Shown: positions 13,372 through 27,100, counted from the stretch's first letter. The stretch is DNA of 64,000 nt from Octopus vulgaris (GCA_951406725.2 OX597820.1:116622001-116686000), one strand, 5' to 3'. Notes: generated by a model not told the origin, from the sequence alone. Numbers and translations are program-made.

Positions 13372-14414
13372 TGATAGAATAAGTACCAGGTTTTAAAATT
13401 AAAAAAACAGTACTGGGGTCAAATCATTCAACTAAAATTCTTCAAGATAAAGAAATGAGTTACATTAAATGATAGAGAGTGGGGAGGTAAATTAGAAAAC
13501 TCCAATTTCAAGAAGTGTAGAATCTCAGATAAAATAAAAAAAAAAAAACAACATGAAAATATAAGAATTTGCAGACCTATCCCAATATGTGACTTCACTG
13601 GAACAGAACAAAAATATACATTGGAACGGTGTAGCGTCTAAGAAAATATATTGAATAGGTGTTGTAGTAATTGGAATGAACTTATGAAAAGTATATGAAA
13701 TTTATAGGAGAAAAATGTTGAAGTTCATTGTTTAAAAAATGCCAAAATCAACGTAGCATTTTCTTTATTGCTTTTGGTTTCCCAAATGTTCTTTTAATAC
13801 CAAAGTCAATATAAAGAATTTTGCATTAATTTATGACTATTTCAGCAGGTTTTAAATATTTTATGACAGCACATACAAAATGTCAACAACAATTTTTTTT
13901 TTCTTTATTTCATTAAATGGAAATAATGGCCAGAGAATCAGTTAAAGAAAAATAGCTTGTATTTACTAATATTTCTTTATGATTCTGTTAACTTTGAAGA
14001 TGAGAAAACAACTAATATTTTAGCTCATTATTTCTACCATATGAAGACATTTAGTAAATTGTCTTTATGCCCACAGTATACCTACAGATTAAGTAACAGG
14101 GGGAAAATATTTAATATATCAGGAAACGATATTTTCAGCAGAAGACCATAAATCAATTTGCAGTAAACATTTGTGAAGAAATACTAGCAGGAGTTTTATT
14201 GTGGCTTTGTTTTGGCTTTTAATTATTTCATCTCTGACAGAAGATAATTAACAAAGTAGCTGACACTATGAGATATCCCTACCATACATACTATACACAA
14301 TATAGGCATGGGTGTGTGGTTAAGAAGCTTGCTTCTCAACCACATGGTCTTGGGTTCAGTCCCACTGTGTGCCACCTTGAGCAGGTGTCTTCTACTATAT
14401 CTCCAATTATTATT

Positions 14415-15360
14415 GGTACAAGCAATTGTCTGTAGCTATCTGCTTTCTCTTTGATTTTCAAAGAGATGCTCGCATCAGCAGGGCAGCTGACCTCTACAAA
14501 AGTAAGTACCTTTTTTTGCCTCTGTCTTAAACAACAATATCCAATCTGTTATGTTTGCACTTGTAGAAGTTTTGATGGGAATATTCCACCAATATTCCTT
14601 CTCTTAATGCTTATGTAGGTCTTCAGTAAGAGGAGGAATCTCTCTACTTATTCAAAGTCACTTTTTCTGATAGCATTGTATATTGTTAAGCAACAACATT
14701 GTGCTGCACTTTGAGCAGCTGGTGACCACATGTGTGATGATGTCTTCCACAGAAAGTGGCTTACTTGACATTTTCAGGTAAAGCTTGGGGTTCAAATGGG
14801 TTTGGCTTATCTTTCTTTGTTCAGTAGAAATTTGGTAGCAATCTCCTATTCTTGGATTGCAAACACACAGCCTTTGGAAGTGCGATGTGGCAGTCATGAA
14901 TCTAAGAAAGGCTGAACAACCTCAAGCCCATATTAGTATCCTCCTCGGATCTTTGGAAAACATACCCATGCACGGTTTTTGAGGTAATTTAGTTCAAGAA
15001 TATAGGTATAAGCACAATCAGAAGCATTTGGACAAAGGCAGTCAAGAGCAGTGCCACAAGAGATATGGTAATTACTGGAAACAGAGAGACTCAACATAAG
15101 TGCAAATGAGAGAACTACCAGAAACAATTTGTTCCTTGCCAGTTCCTAAACTGAAGCAGATCTGATGCCAAACATTAAATTCAATAATAGAGGGAAATGA
15201 TTGGATTGGGGGGGGCACAATGAAATCAGCAGCAGCCCGGCCAAATAGAACAACAGTATTTGTAGCATCTTCCCATCAGAACAATTTGTTCCTTGCCAGT
15301 TCCTAAACTGAAGCAGATCTGATGCCAAACATTAAATTCAATAATAGAGGGAAATGATTG
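14415..15360 (-). mobile_element. Degenerate R4/Dong-like RLE non-LTR retrotransposon
   Basis: Minus-strand remnants GCVFAIQE*EIATKFL, knuckle-like EDIITHVVTSC, and FVEVSCPADASISLK..KADSYRQL. The 5' boundary is uncertain. Confidence 0.7.
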
Positions 15361-15545
15361 TTGTTGACAAAGATCCGGAGATATTGTATTCACCTCGATA
15401 GTCGTCATTGATTGGTTGAAATTGCCGAAATGCAAGAAATTCAACAGCAAATAGCTTACAAACTACAGAATTTTCTCAAGAAAGCCAAGAGAAAAAGATG
15501 TTTATAAACACATTCTACCAGTATAAGAAGTTTAAAAGTGTTTAG

Positions 15546-15733
15546 TTACTCTTTTACTTGTTTCAGTCATTTGACTGCGGTCATGCTGGAGCACCGCCTT
15601 TAGTCAAGCAAATCGACCCGGGACTTATTCTTTGTAAGCCCAGTACTTATTCTATCGGTCTCTTCTGCCGAACCGCTTGACGGGGACGTAAACACACAAG
15701 CATCAGTTGTCAAGCAATGCTACAGATACACAA

Positions 15734-15764
<31 letters not shown>

Positions 15765-15909
15765 CGACAAATGTTTCCGTCTACCAAATCCACTCACAAA
15801 TTGGTCGGCCCGGGCTATAGCAGAAGACACTTGCCCAAGATGCCACGCAGTTGAACCCAGAACCATGTGGTTGGTTAGCAAGCTACTTACCACAGCCACT
15901 CCTGCGCCT
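15546..15909 (-). mobile_element. SINE family A
   Basis: Collinear with 10088-10502, with small deletions. Confidence 0.9.
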
Positions 15910-16287
15910 AAAGAAATTATTTTAAAATCTGCCGATCAAAGTGAAAAGATCCTAATAGAGATCTGTAGCAGTGGGCCACTTTCAACTGTTGGTGGTGCAT
16001 CTTCTGCTAGAATTGCAAAGCAATATAGACAACATGCATTCAGTGCAGCACCTGACTGCAGTCATTTCATTTCATCAGCAGCAGAAAGAGAAGGAAATGA
16101 ACAGACGCTGCTGTTGTCCATCACTTAAACAACACAGTCAAATCAATTTGCAATCAGTAACCAAACATCAATATTAAATATAAAATCAAATGGATTCACA
16201 CACACACACATAGTTATGTGTTAACTTGTAACAAAAGAATGTAAATTACTCCTTTCCTGAAAAAAAACAAAAAAACCCAAGTCACAT

Positions 16288-16451
16288 AGGCACGGGAGTG
16301 GCTGTGTGGTAAGTAGCTTGCTAACCAACCACATGGTTCCGGGTTCAGTCCCACTGCATGGCATCTTGGGCAAGTGTCTTCTGCTATAGCCCCAGACCCA
16401 CCAATGCCTTGTGAGTGGATTTGGTAGACGGAAACTGAAAGAAGCCTGTCG

Positions 16452-16484
<33 letters not shown>

Positions 16485-16705
16485 ATATGTGTGTTTGTGT
16501 GTGTGTGTTTGTCCCCCTAGCATTGCTTGACAACCGATGCTGGTGTGTTTACGTCCCCATCATTTAGCGGTTCGGCAAAAGAGACCGATAGAATAAGTAC
16601 TGGGCTTACAAAGAATAAGTCCTGGGGTCGATTTGCTCGACTAAAGGCGGTGCTCCAGCATGGCCGCAGTCAAATGACTGAAACAAGTAAAATAGTAAAA
16701 GAGTA
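16288..16705 (+). mobile_element. SINE family A
   Basis: Full-length reverse complement of 10088-10502. Confidence 0.9.
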
Positions 16706-16889
16706 TAGCTGTAGGTCAGCTCTGGCTGATCAGGCCAATGATCAAACACACCCCAGTCTTATCTCAGTGACAGGGTAGAGAGGACATTATCCAATATGCC
16801 AGATTTTCCAGCTGTTCCCACAAGAGCACATATTGTAATTTGAGAAAAATTTGACTGCTATTTCAAGTGGGTTAAGCAACCATGTAGAG

Positions 16890-17144
16890 CAGTAGCTCTC
16901 AACCTTTTTGTTCACTAAGGACCCTTTTGATTTCTATTCTACTTTGCTGGACCCCTATAGCCATTCTACGTTTAAAAAGTCCAATTGCATTTTTGTAATT
17001 GATTATTATTAGGAACTGTATGAAAAAATTGTGAAAATATTTCGTATAATGCAGAAGTATAACTAATGTATTGTACATGAAGTTTAACAAGAAAATCTTA
17101 TATTGACCCCTAAGGGTCATCTGGACTCTAGTTGAGAACCACCG
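16890..17144. mobile_element. hAT (Charlie-like) MITE
   Basis: TIRs CAGTAGCTCTCAAC / GTTGAGAACCACCG; 8-bp TSD ATGTAGAG / ATCTAGAG. Confidence 0.8.
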
Positions 17145-17948
17145 ATCTAGAGGCATCCCTGTTAGGCCTAAAACTGTTCATGTTTAGGCTCCAGTTTCAT
17201 GGTGGTTTTTGTGAATGGGAGTTGAATGTTCCCTGGATAAACACCTGTATGTTGTAACCGACATTCAAAAATGATAATCTGTAATCTAAGAGTGATGACG
17301 CAAGTTTAGGTAATTCCGAAACCAAAAACAACACATTCTGCAGAGGTCATTTTTCTTCTACCGAAATGGTAAAGTATGAGTTGAGATATATGTATGTAAG
17401 GAAAGAGCAGTTGTTTTGTATGAAATTAGGATTTGTGATAACTGAAAGCACAAATATAATGCGTTCGGCTGGTGTGAGTGTAACAAAAATATCATTGATA
17501 TGACTAATGTAACTGGGGGTTACATACTCTGTAGCAGGAGTTTCTTTTTTCTCTTTCTTATCAATTAGAACGTTTCTAATATATAGTCTATTGTAAATAT
17601 TTTTAGCTTCTAAAACCTCACAGTAAATACATGACCTGGATAGAATCTCAGCCGCCTATATTTAACCTTTACAAACCATTTGGTAACTATTCTTCATTGT
17701 AAAATAAACTGATGCAATCATCATCATCATTTACTGTCCACTTTTCCATGCTTGAACGGATTGGATGAAATTTGTTGAAGCAGATTTTCTACAGCTGGAT
17801 GCCTTTCCTGTTGCAAACTCTCACCCGTTTCAAAGTAAGGTAATATTTCCCCATAGCTAGACACATTTTTCTAAGAAGACTGGAAAGGAACAGACTTGCT
17901 TTTGATAATGGTGATGCTTGTTTACAACCATGTTATCAAAACAAGGAT

Positions 17949-17979
<31 letters not shown>

Positions 17980-18272
17980 TTGGGCTTCTTTCAGCTTCCA
18001 CCATCAGATCCACTCACAAGGCTTTGGTTGGCCTAGAGCTATAGTAAAAGACACTTGCCCAAGATACCATGCAGTGGGACTGGTATCATATGGTTGGGAA
18101 CTGAGCCTCTCAACCACCCAGCCATACCTGCACGATATAAAAAAAAGGGGGCTCAATCCAGAACCACAAAAACTGCCAGAAGATCTCCTTGTTTTCCCCT
18201 GTCAACTACGACCATACTGAAGCATTACCATTTTGCATTTCTGAATATGAGTATTGTTAAAATAAGTGAATA

Positions 18273-18681
18273 TACTCTTTACTCTTACTCTTTTACTTGT
18301 TTCAGTCATTTGACTGCGGCCATGCTGGAGCACCGCCTTTAGTCGAGCAACTCGACCCCAGGACTTATTCTTTGTAAGCCCAGTACTTATTCTATCGGTC
18401 TCTTTTGCCGAACGGCTAAGTGACGGGGACGTAAACACACCAGCATCGGTTGTCAAGCAATGCTAGAGGGACAAACACAGACACACAAACATATACATAC
18501 ATATATATACATATATACGGCAGGCTTCTTTCAGTTTCCGTCTACCAAATCCACTCACAAGGCATTGGTCGGTCCGGGGCTATAGAAGAAGACACTTGCC
18601 CAAGATGCCACGCAGTGGGACTGAATCCAGAACCATGTGGTTGGTAGGCAAGCTACTTACCACACAGCCACTCCTGCGCCT
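18273..18681 (-). mobile_element. SINE family A
   Basis: Full-length copy. Confidence 0.9.
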
Positions 18682-19723
18682 ATATGTAGTTCTTTTCCAT
18701 CAATACTCAGAGTTTCCTCATTTCCACTCTTAACAGCAACAAATGGAATGCGGGTAAAGAATGGAAATGCCGAAGCTCAAAAGAATGGAACTAAAGCCTC
18801 AACTTTAAAAAAAATGGGTACATTTTACATCTAATGAGCATTGTTTTTTTTTTATATGTCTGTATGAGAGAGAAAGAGAGAGAGAGAGAAAGAGAAAGAG
18901 AGAGAGAGAGAGAGAAAGAGTGTGTGCGCGCGTGCGCATACACATGCACATGCAATATCTAGAGGCGAATTAAAGTCATACACAGATAAATATGTGTTTC
19001 TTTTTTGTTAATTTTAAATCAACGTTTGTACTGTGCCACAACATAGAACTTGTTAAGACTTATAGTACGAGTGTCAAGGACTAATTGAGGAAAATGTGTC
19101 AACTTAGAATGAATTAAATGGATTTTGTTGGCTTCAAGTAAATGACTCATCTACAATAACTGGGGAGAGTCATTTTAAAGTTTTAGTGGGGCATAAAAAT
19201 ATAACAGCACTTGTCTGAATATATTGCTTTAATTCATACAACAACATATACACAATCATGGGAACACAGACAAAATGTGGATAAGAGTAGATGACACTGA
19301 AAGACCGGCATTGTTGTTTCTAACCATTGCAAGGCCACAAATTTGAAGGAAGAGAAAGACTGATCAACTATTGTACTTGCATTTTTAGCTTCTATTTATT
19401 TATTTCTGGCAAGTGGTTTCTAGGGAGCACGATTGTCAAAAATCCCAAAATGGGATGTCAACCTGTTGCATGGTTCAAGGCCAAAAACCTTGATGGGAGG
19501 GGAGAAAATCAATTACATCAAATCAAATACTTGACTGCTTCTTTATTTCAACAAACCTGAAGAGATGAGAGACAAAGTTGACCTCAATTGGGTTTGAATG
19601 AAAAGAAGCAAGGAATAAAAAAAAAAAAAAAAAAATGCCACTAAGCATTATGTTTAGCATGCTACTTATTCTTCCAGCTCACTGCCTTGTAATTGATGGG
19701 TGTTTATATTGTGAGTGGTTATA

Positions 19724-19963
19724 TACGAGGGTGAGTCAAAAAGTAATGCCATTTTGTTTAGGACAGGTATAATTACCAATGCAGGAACATGTATCAGGAA
19801 CATGTATCATACATCAAAACGAAGCTGGTCCTTTGTGGATCACATCCCTACTTCTCCACACAGTCACCGTGTCTCTCAATAGCAATGTTCCACCTTCAAA
19901 TGAAAGCATGTATCCCAGCCCCGTAAAATTCTGTTGACTGTTCTTTGAGCCTCTTCTTCACTG
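19724..19963 (-). mobile_element. mariner transposon 3' end
   Basis: TA-CGAGGGTGAGTCAAAAAGT terminus; minus frame VKKRLKEQSTEFYGAGIHAFI*RWNIAIERHGDCVEK*, a mariner transposase C-terminus. Confidence 0.85.
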
Positions 19964-20574
19964 GGTTCTGGGTTCAGTCTCACTGCATGACACCTTGGGC
20001 AAGTGTCTGCTACAAAATCCACTGGTTGACCAATACCGCGCGTGTGTGTCTATGCATGTATGTGTGTGTGTGTGTTTCTTCCACAGCTTAACAACAAGTG
20101 TTGGTTTGTTTACTTCCTTCTAACTTAGCAGTTCAGCAAAAGAAACTGATAAAGTACTGAACTGAAAAACTAAAAATATGTCCTGGGATCAATTTGTTCA
20201 ACTAAACCTAAACCATTTTAAGTCTGTGCTCCAGCATGGCCACAGTCTAATGATTGAAACAAGTAAAAGATGAAAGATATAGGAAGTAGACTGGGGCCAT
20301 CTTTAATGTGAATATCAAAGTTTTAAGAGAAATTTCAGGAATGTTCTTGTTTTGAATTTTTTTAAATGGTGATATTGAAAGAATTACCAAAAGACCTGAG
20401 TAATGTGTGCCATCTTGTGCTTACTTCAGATTCCGTTGGTGCTGTGTCCTGTGTCACATATACAACCAACTGATCCACATATAAATAAACAGACAGCAAC
20501 TGTCTCCCCACCCCCCCGGGGGGCCCCCATAACAAACTGATATCAATGATTGGTTAGCTTATATCCTAAATAAC

Positions 20575-20880
20575 CTCTCCTCCTCCTCCTCGATGGAGAG
20601 GTTAGAGAGGTTAAGGGAGAGAATTATAAGCAAGATATGGTGAAATGTCAAAGGGGAGATGGTGCTGGTGGTGGGGAGAGTAACTGCCAAAGCGAAAACA
20701 AAACAGGTGAAAGCAAAGGAAGAGAGAGAGAAGTAAATATAAATGAGAGTGAGAGAGAGAGAAGGGGGGGGGAGAAAAATAGAAGAGAAGGAGATAGAGA
20801 AAGAGAGAAAGGACTGAAAAAGAGGTGGTATAAAGAGAGGATAAGGAGGGAGATTAAAGAGATGAATTGAGAGGAAAAAT
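20575..20880. repeat. GA-rich low-complexity tract
   Basis: Purine-dominated + strand; similar tracts at 36740-37110, 40040-40440, 44380-44730, 53345-53650 and 57070-57150. Confidence 0.85.
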
Positions 20881-21332
20881 GGTTTTGTTGCGTTTTTTGC
20901 TATTTTCCTTTGTCCCATTTCAGTGATAGCAACTTAAAAATAAACTTTATCTTTGCAAATTAACAGAGACCGAAACAAAAACAAGCAAAAAAGAAAAAAA
21001 AAGATTATTAAAAAAACTACATTGAAAAACAATGAGAAACATGTAATTTATGCAAAATGTCAGCCAGCAGCAATGAAAAGAAACAAGTTTGAAATAAATT
21101 TTTTTAAAAAATGGATAAAAATAATGAAGACAAGGCTGGAAACAAGCCATTCCTGGAGTGTTTGACCGTTTAAACAAAATTTAAAGACATTCAGAGGGTC
21201 CACCCTAACACCACATCACTATCACAATTGCTCCCACCCTCACATCTATAACGTCAGAAGCCATGTACAGCAAGATGCCTTCTCTGTTCTGGACCCTTCT
21301 CTCATCCCACAGCATAAAGCCACACCCCTTTC

Positions 21333-21750
21333 TTATTTCTTTTTTGCCCACAAGGGGCTAAACATAGAGGGGACAAACAAGGACAGACAAATGGATTAAG
21401 TCGATTATGTCGAACCCAGTGCATAACTGGTACTTATTTAATTGACCCCGAAAGGATGAAAGGCAAAGTTGACCTCGGCGGAATTTGAACTCAGAACGTA
21501 ACGGCAGACGAAATACCTATTTCTTTACTACCCACAAAGGGCTAAACACAGAGGGGACAACCAAGGACAGACAAACGGATTAAGTCGATTATATCGACCC
21601 CAGTGCGTAACTGGTACTTATTTAATCGACCCCGAAAGGATGAAAGGCAAAGTCGACCTCGGCGGAATTTGAACTCAGAACGTAATGGCAGACAAAATAC
21701 TGCTAAGCATTTCGCCCAGCATGCTAACGTTTCTGCCAGCTCGCCACCTT
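21333..21750 (-). mobile_element. Nin-domain SINE with tandemly duplicated 3' body
   Basis: Two ~185-bp bodies (21333-21517 and 21518-21700) behind a single head. Confidence 0.85.
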
Positions 21751-22464
21751 TCTACTATAGCCCCACTCAATCGAAAGGGATCTTGAACTTGCAAGCAGCA
21801 TGGTGACCTCACTGGTGCTGGTGCAAAAAGTACCCAGTCCACTCTGCCAAATAGTAGGAGTTGGAAAGAGCCTCCAGCTGTAGAAACCATACCAAACATT
21901 GCAGCATGATGCATTCCTCACTCAATTGATCCCGTCAAAGCGTTTAGACCATGGAACATAAATGTTAAATGACGATAGTGATGATGATAATGCATTGGAG
22001 CCAAAAGCCAAGAACTGAAAGGAGAATGGAATTTTAGCTTGAATCAAACAAAATATGCATCAATATACTTCTGTAAACATTTTTTTTATTATCCCAAAGA
22101 GATGACGAGTCTAGCACCTCACAGTTTCCACAGTTCTGCTAAGTACGCTATGGTGGAACAGTGAATAATATTTAAGAATTTTTCGGAGAAGAGAAAGAGA
22201 AAGGCAATCTTTCCATGGAATTATGATTGTGTATGTGGTTAGGTAACCTTTTGAAGGCAATATTAGGAGTTCAATATAAACACTTAAAACAACTATTAAA
22301 TTTACATGCAAAATAAATTACAATAATATCGAGTTGATATAGGCACGGGTCCACACATTTTGCTGGATATAGTAATTCAATTAATCCCTCTAACCGACAA
22401 GCACTTACTTCAAAGACCTCAGAAAGCTGAAAGTTAAAATTAACCTTTGCAGTATTTGAACACC

Positions 22465-22655
22465 TGGATGGGATGCCAGTCCATTGCAGGGTTAACCTCC
22501 CAGCTATTACTGGAATTCATTTGCAGCTAAATGGACTGAAGCAACATGAAATGAAGTGTTTTGCCCAAGAGCTCAATGTACTGCCTGGTCCAAGAATTGA
22601 TACCACAATATTTTGATTGTAAATGCAACCCCCAAACGGTAGGCAACGTAATTTC
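22465..22655 (-). mobile_element. Old tRNA-derived SINE with conserved-core-like body
   Basis: GGATGGGATGCCAGTCCATTGCAGG and AAGTGTTTTGCCCAAG blocks; similar remnant at 10590-10720. Confidence 0.6.
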
Positions 22656-23774
22656 ACTAATAAAAAAATAATAATTTTATTGAAATCTCACCAAAAATTC
22701 CTTATCAAAACAAACAATATAGTGTAAGATTCTTTAAGTTGACAGCTCTGTACCAAAAAGATAAGAATTTCAAAACGAGAGAAAAAAAATGCTTAAAATT
22801 CCATCCATTTTATTTATTTATTTATCTATCTCATTCGCTCAATCAGAAAAGTAAAAATATTGTGCAGACACACGAGACTATAACACAGTCTTGAAGAGAT
22901 GAATTGATGATGACTTTTATATATTTGTTTGTTTATTTTAGTGAAGGTGGGTAGAGTGGGGGGGGGGGTGCTGGCAGCACAAAGTCAAATGTATAGCAGG
23001 TCAGGGCAAAATTGTATGGTAGACACCGAGCAACAGCCAAAGAGTAAACTGATATAGGATGCCTGAGTACTTCAAAACTTCTGCTATTAATAAAATGGTA
23101 AGCTATAAGACTCACATTTTTTTCACTTTGTCAAATTCATTTTCATTGGCACAAGCATGGCTGTGTGGCTAAGAAACTCACTTCCCAACTGTGGTCCTGG
23201 GCTCTGTCTTGCTGTGTGACACCTTGGGCAACTATCTGCTACCACAGCCCTACAGCTTTGTGAACAAATGTGGGAGAGAGAAACTGAAAGAAGCCTATCG
23301 TATATGTCTGTTTGCATATATGTGTGTGAGTGTCTCCTTGTCATGTCATCATCATCATCATCATCGTTTAATGTCCACTTTCCATGCTAGCATGGGTTGG
23401 ACAATTTAGACTGAGGGCTGGTGAACTAGATGGCTGCACCAGGCTCCATGCTGATCTGGCAGTGTTTCTACAGCTGGATGCCCTTCCTAATGCCAACCAC
23501 TCCGAGAGTGTAGTGGGTGCTTTTTACGTGCCACCGGCATGGGGGCCAGTCAGGCGGTACTGGCATGTGATTGTTGTAAATGAAGGTCATTCATTTCCAG
23601 TATTCTGTGGAAACATGTCTGGCTATGGGGAAATATTTCTTGACTTGGAAACAGATGTGGGTTGGCAACTAGAAAATTCAACCATTAAAAAAAAACAACA
23701 GGCCTAAATAAACTATCAGATGCATGCAAGCGGGGAAAAGTGGACACTAAAATGATGATGTTGTCCAACAACCA

Positions 23775-24150
23775 GCTCACCATCTTAATATGGATTGATG
23801 TTATGGGCATGTTCATTGACTTCTTTCTCAACAACGCTCCACATGTAATAGTCCAATGGATTAAGATCTGGGGAATTAGGAGGCCAAATGCTAGGGGTCA
23901 TGCGATCATGAAAATTTTCAACCATCCATTCCTGTCTTACTAGAGCCATGTGCGATAGTGCAGAGTCTTACTGAAACACACATGGCCTTCCATTGCATAC
24001 ACTGTCTATCCAGGGCTTAACAATTATTTCCAGGACCTCAATGTAGGCAGCAGAGTTAACTCTAAGGCCTTGTGGAAAGAAGTAAGGAGGCATCACATGT
24101 CCTTCATTGCTGACAACCCCTAAAACCATGACAGTTGCAGGAAATTTTAA
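23775..24150 (-). mobile_element. Tc1/mariner-superfamily transposase fragment (maT/DD37D-like)
   Basis: Minus frame VFQ*DSALSH..WPPNSPDLNPLDYYMWSVVE. Confidence 0.85.
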
Positions 24151-27100
24151 CAGTACAAATACTTATTTCGCAAAAACCATTTTAGTGATTTCAAAGAAAT
24201 TCCAAAGAAGACCATTTAGCAAGTAAAGGGAAAGAAAAAAACATTATTTTCCCAATAATTTACATGTCAATGATGACAAGTATTTATCAAAACTCTCATG
24301 GATGAAATAGTATTTGCATATTGATAGAGCAATTATATTTACTGCTCAGTTTCATATCTGATGGCTAACGACAGCTTCTGAAGAGAGATGTTGTCAGACA
24401 GTGAAGCTGAGATATTTTTTTTTACAGCACATTAACCATCATCAACCCTTACTGCAAGGAAACCAATAATATTCAGTACCGTGTGTGTGTATGTGTGTGT
24501 GTGTGTGTGCATGAATGTGTGTGCGTGCACTTGAGACACAGGAACCAAATTGGCACGTTTTTGGTAGAGTACTTTCCAGAATTCTCTGGATTTCATATGA
24601 TGTAGCTTACCTTTTACTTGTTTTAATCATCAGACTGTGGCCATGCTGGAGCACTGCCTTAAAGCATTTTTAGTTGAATAAATTGACCCCCAGTACTTTT
24701 TTTTCTTCTTTCAAGCCTGGTACTTATTCTAGCAGCCTCTTTTAGCGAACTACTAGGTTTACAAGGGGCATAAATACCCCAGTTGGCAAGTGGTGGTGGG
24801 AGACAAATACAGACACAAAAAACACACACACACATACACGTGTGTATGTGTGTAACAGAGTCCTAGCCATACTCAAGAAAACCCGTACCATACTACAGAA
24901 GTGTTAAGACCAACTCTCTGCTGGTGGTGTTAAGCTTTTGTGGCAGTGCCATGTAAAAGCATCCAGCAGACTCTGTTAAGTGGTTGGTGTTTGGAAGGGC
25001 ATCCAGCAGTAGAGAGAGACCATGCCAAATCAGACTGGAGCCTGGTGCAGCTCTCCAGCTTGCCAGCTCTGGTCAAACCATCCAACCCATGCCAGCATGG
25101 ACAACAGACATTAAATGATGATTGTGTGGTTGGGAAGCAAGCTTCTTACCACACAGCCATGCCTGCTCCTTGTAATACATATTTTATCTTTTTACTGGCC
25201 AATAGAAAAGGTCTGCTAGAATTGATCTACATATGATTAACATGTCACACTATCATCAAATATTTAATCAGTACAGAAAGAGCAAAGCATCATCATTATC
25301 ATCATCGTTTAACGTCTACTTAGGTTAGACAGTTTGACTGAGAACTGGCAAACCAGGAAGCTGTACCAGGCTCCAATCTGATCTGGCAAGGTTACAGCTG
25401 GATGCAATTCCTAACACCAACCACTCCAAGAGTGTAGTGGGTGCTTTTTACGTGACACTGGCACAGGGGCCAGTCAGGCGGCACTGGCATCGACTGTGCT
25501 CAAAAGGTGCTTTATACATGCCACCAGAACAGGAGCCAGTCCAGTGGCACTGGCATCGGCCACGCTCAAATGGTGCTTTTTATGTGCCACCAGCACAGGT
25601 GCCAGTCACGTGGTACTGGCATCAGACACAACAGCAATTTCACTTGACTCAGCAGGTCTTCTCAAGCACAGCACACTGCCCCAACGATTGAAGGGAACTC
25701 TTAAATGGGCCGGTTATGCGACACTGGCAGAGGCCATAGTTATGATCTCATTTAGCTTACTGGATCTTGGCTGCTTGTCATTGCCTCAGTGAGACCCAAC
25801 GTTCAAAGGCCGTGCTTCACCACCTCATCCCAGGTCTCGCATTCACTTTTCTATGTTGGCATGAGTTAGAGATGTGTGAGTCTTTTATCATTCACTGCAG
25901 TCCTTTATCATCTGACAGACACAGCTTCACAGAAACCTGGCGTATATAACATGTTTTGGTATGGGCTGTTGGGCACCCTGTCCAGCCAACCACTTTAAAA
26001 TGTGGACCGAGTGCATTCTACCATACTACCAACACTAAATAGGATGTTTGCAGCAAGACTACCCTCCCCCCATATCATCATCATTTAATGTTCATTTTCG
26101 ATGCTGTCATGGGTTGGACGGTTTGACAGTAGCTGGCAAGCCAGAGAGATACATCAGAGAGCTACTCTAATTGTCTGTTTTGGCATAGTTTCTATGGCTG
26201 GATGCCCTTCCTAATGCCAACCACTTTACAGAGTGTGCTGGGTGCTTTAAGCATGGCACCAGCACAGGTACTTTTTATCAAGAACAACAAAATGCTAAGT
26301 CCAAATATTTCTCTGGAAACCCAAATGTTTCTCACACAGAGTGCACATTCATGACATGACAAGCACACACTGTGACCCTATTCCCACCAATTCCTTCACC
26401 ACCAAACTAACACAGACGAATTCTGAACAAACTACCACATATAAAAACAGGATTTCTACATTTTCTTTGTGCATGTGTGTATATTTGTGCAGCCATGAAT
26501 CAAGAGTGCATGAATGTGCTTCTGTTCCAACATTTCTGTGCATACAAACATCCATGCTATGATGTGCGTGTATATCTACATTTAGAGTATGCAGCTATAA
26601 GGGCAGAGTATTTATGAGTGTATATACGCAATAGAGTGGTTGTATATCCTGTTGGAGAGTGTGTGTTTCCACATTAGAGACTGTGTGTGTGTGAGTAGAC
26701 AATCAAAGCACAAATTGTTCCCCATTATGTATCAAATTTTCCAACTAATTATTTTGTTATTTCATATCCAACGAACATTTGCTTAATTTGATAAGTTAAC
26801 AGCAACAGTTAATTGACAAAGAACAAAAAGAAAAAAGAAAAAAATTAACAGCAGAACTTGTTTGGCAAAAACAGTGATGAAATAGTTTGGTGCTGTACAG
26901 CTAAGATTAATTATTATAATTGTATATATAATTAACTCGTATTGTGGTGTAGTAATAATGGTAATAATTAGGAATAATTACAATGGTTATATATATATTT
27001 TTATTAAAACTATTATTACAAAAGTTTTCCATTAACCATTTCTTAATTGGAATGAAATTAGAAAGCATTAACGGCTCGTTACAAAATTATTTACATGACA

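Noticed and set aside
16221-16778. Recurrent ORFs (MLGGQTHT.., MTTDAGVFTS.., MSSNARGTNT..) looking like a gene family
   Set aside because: They are translations of SINE family A in different frames.
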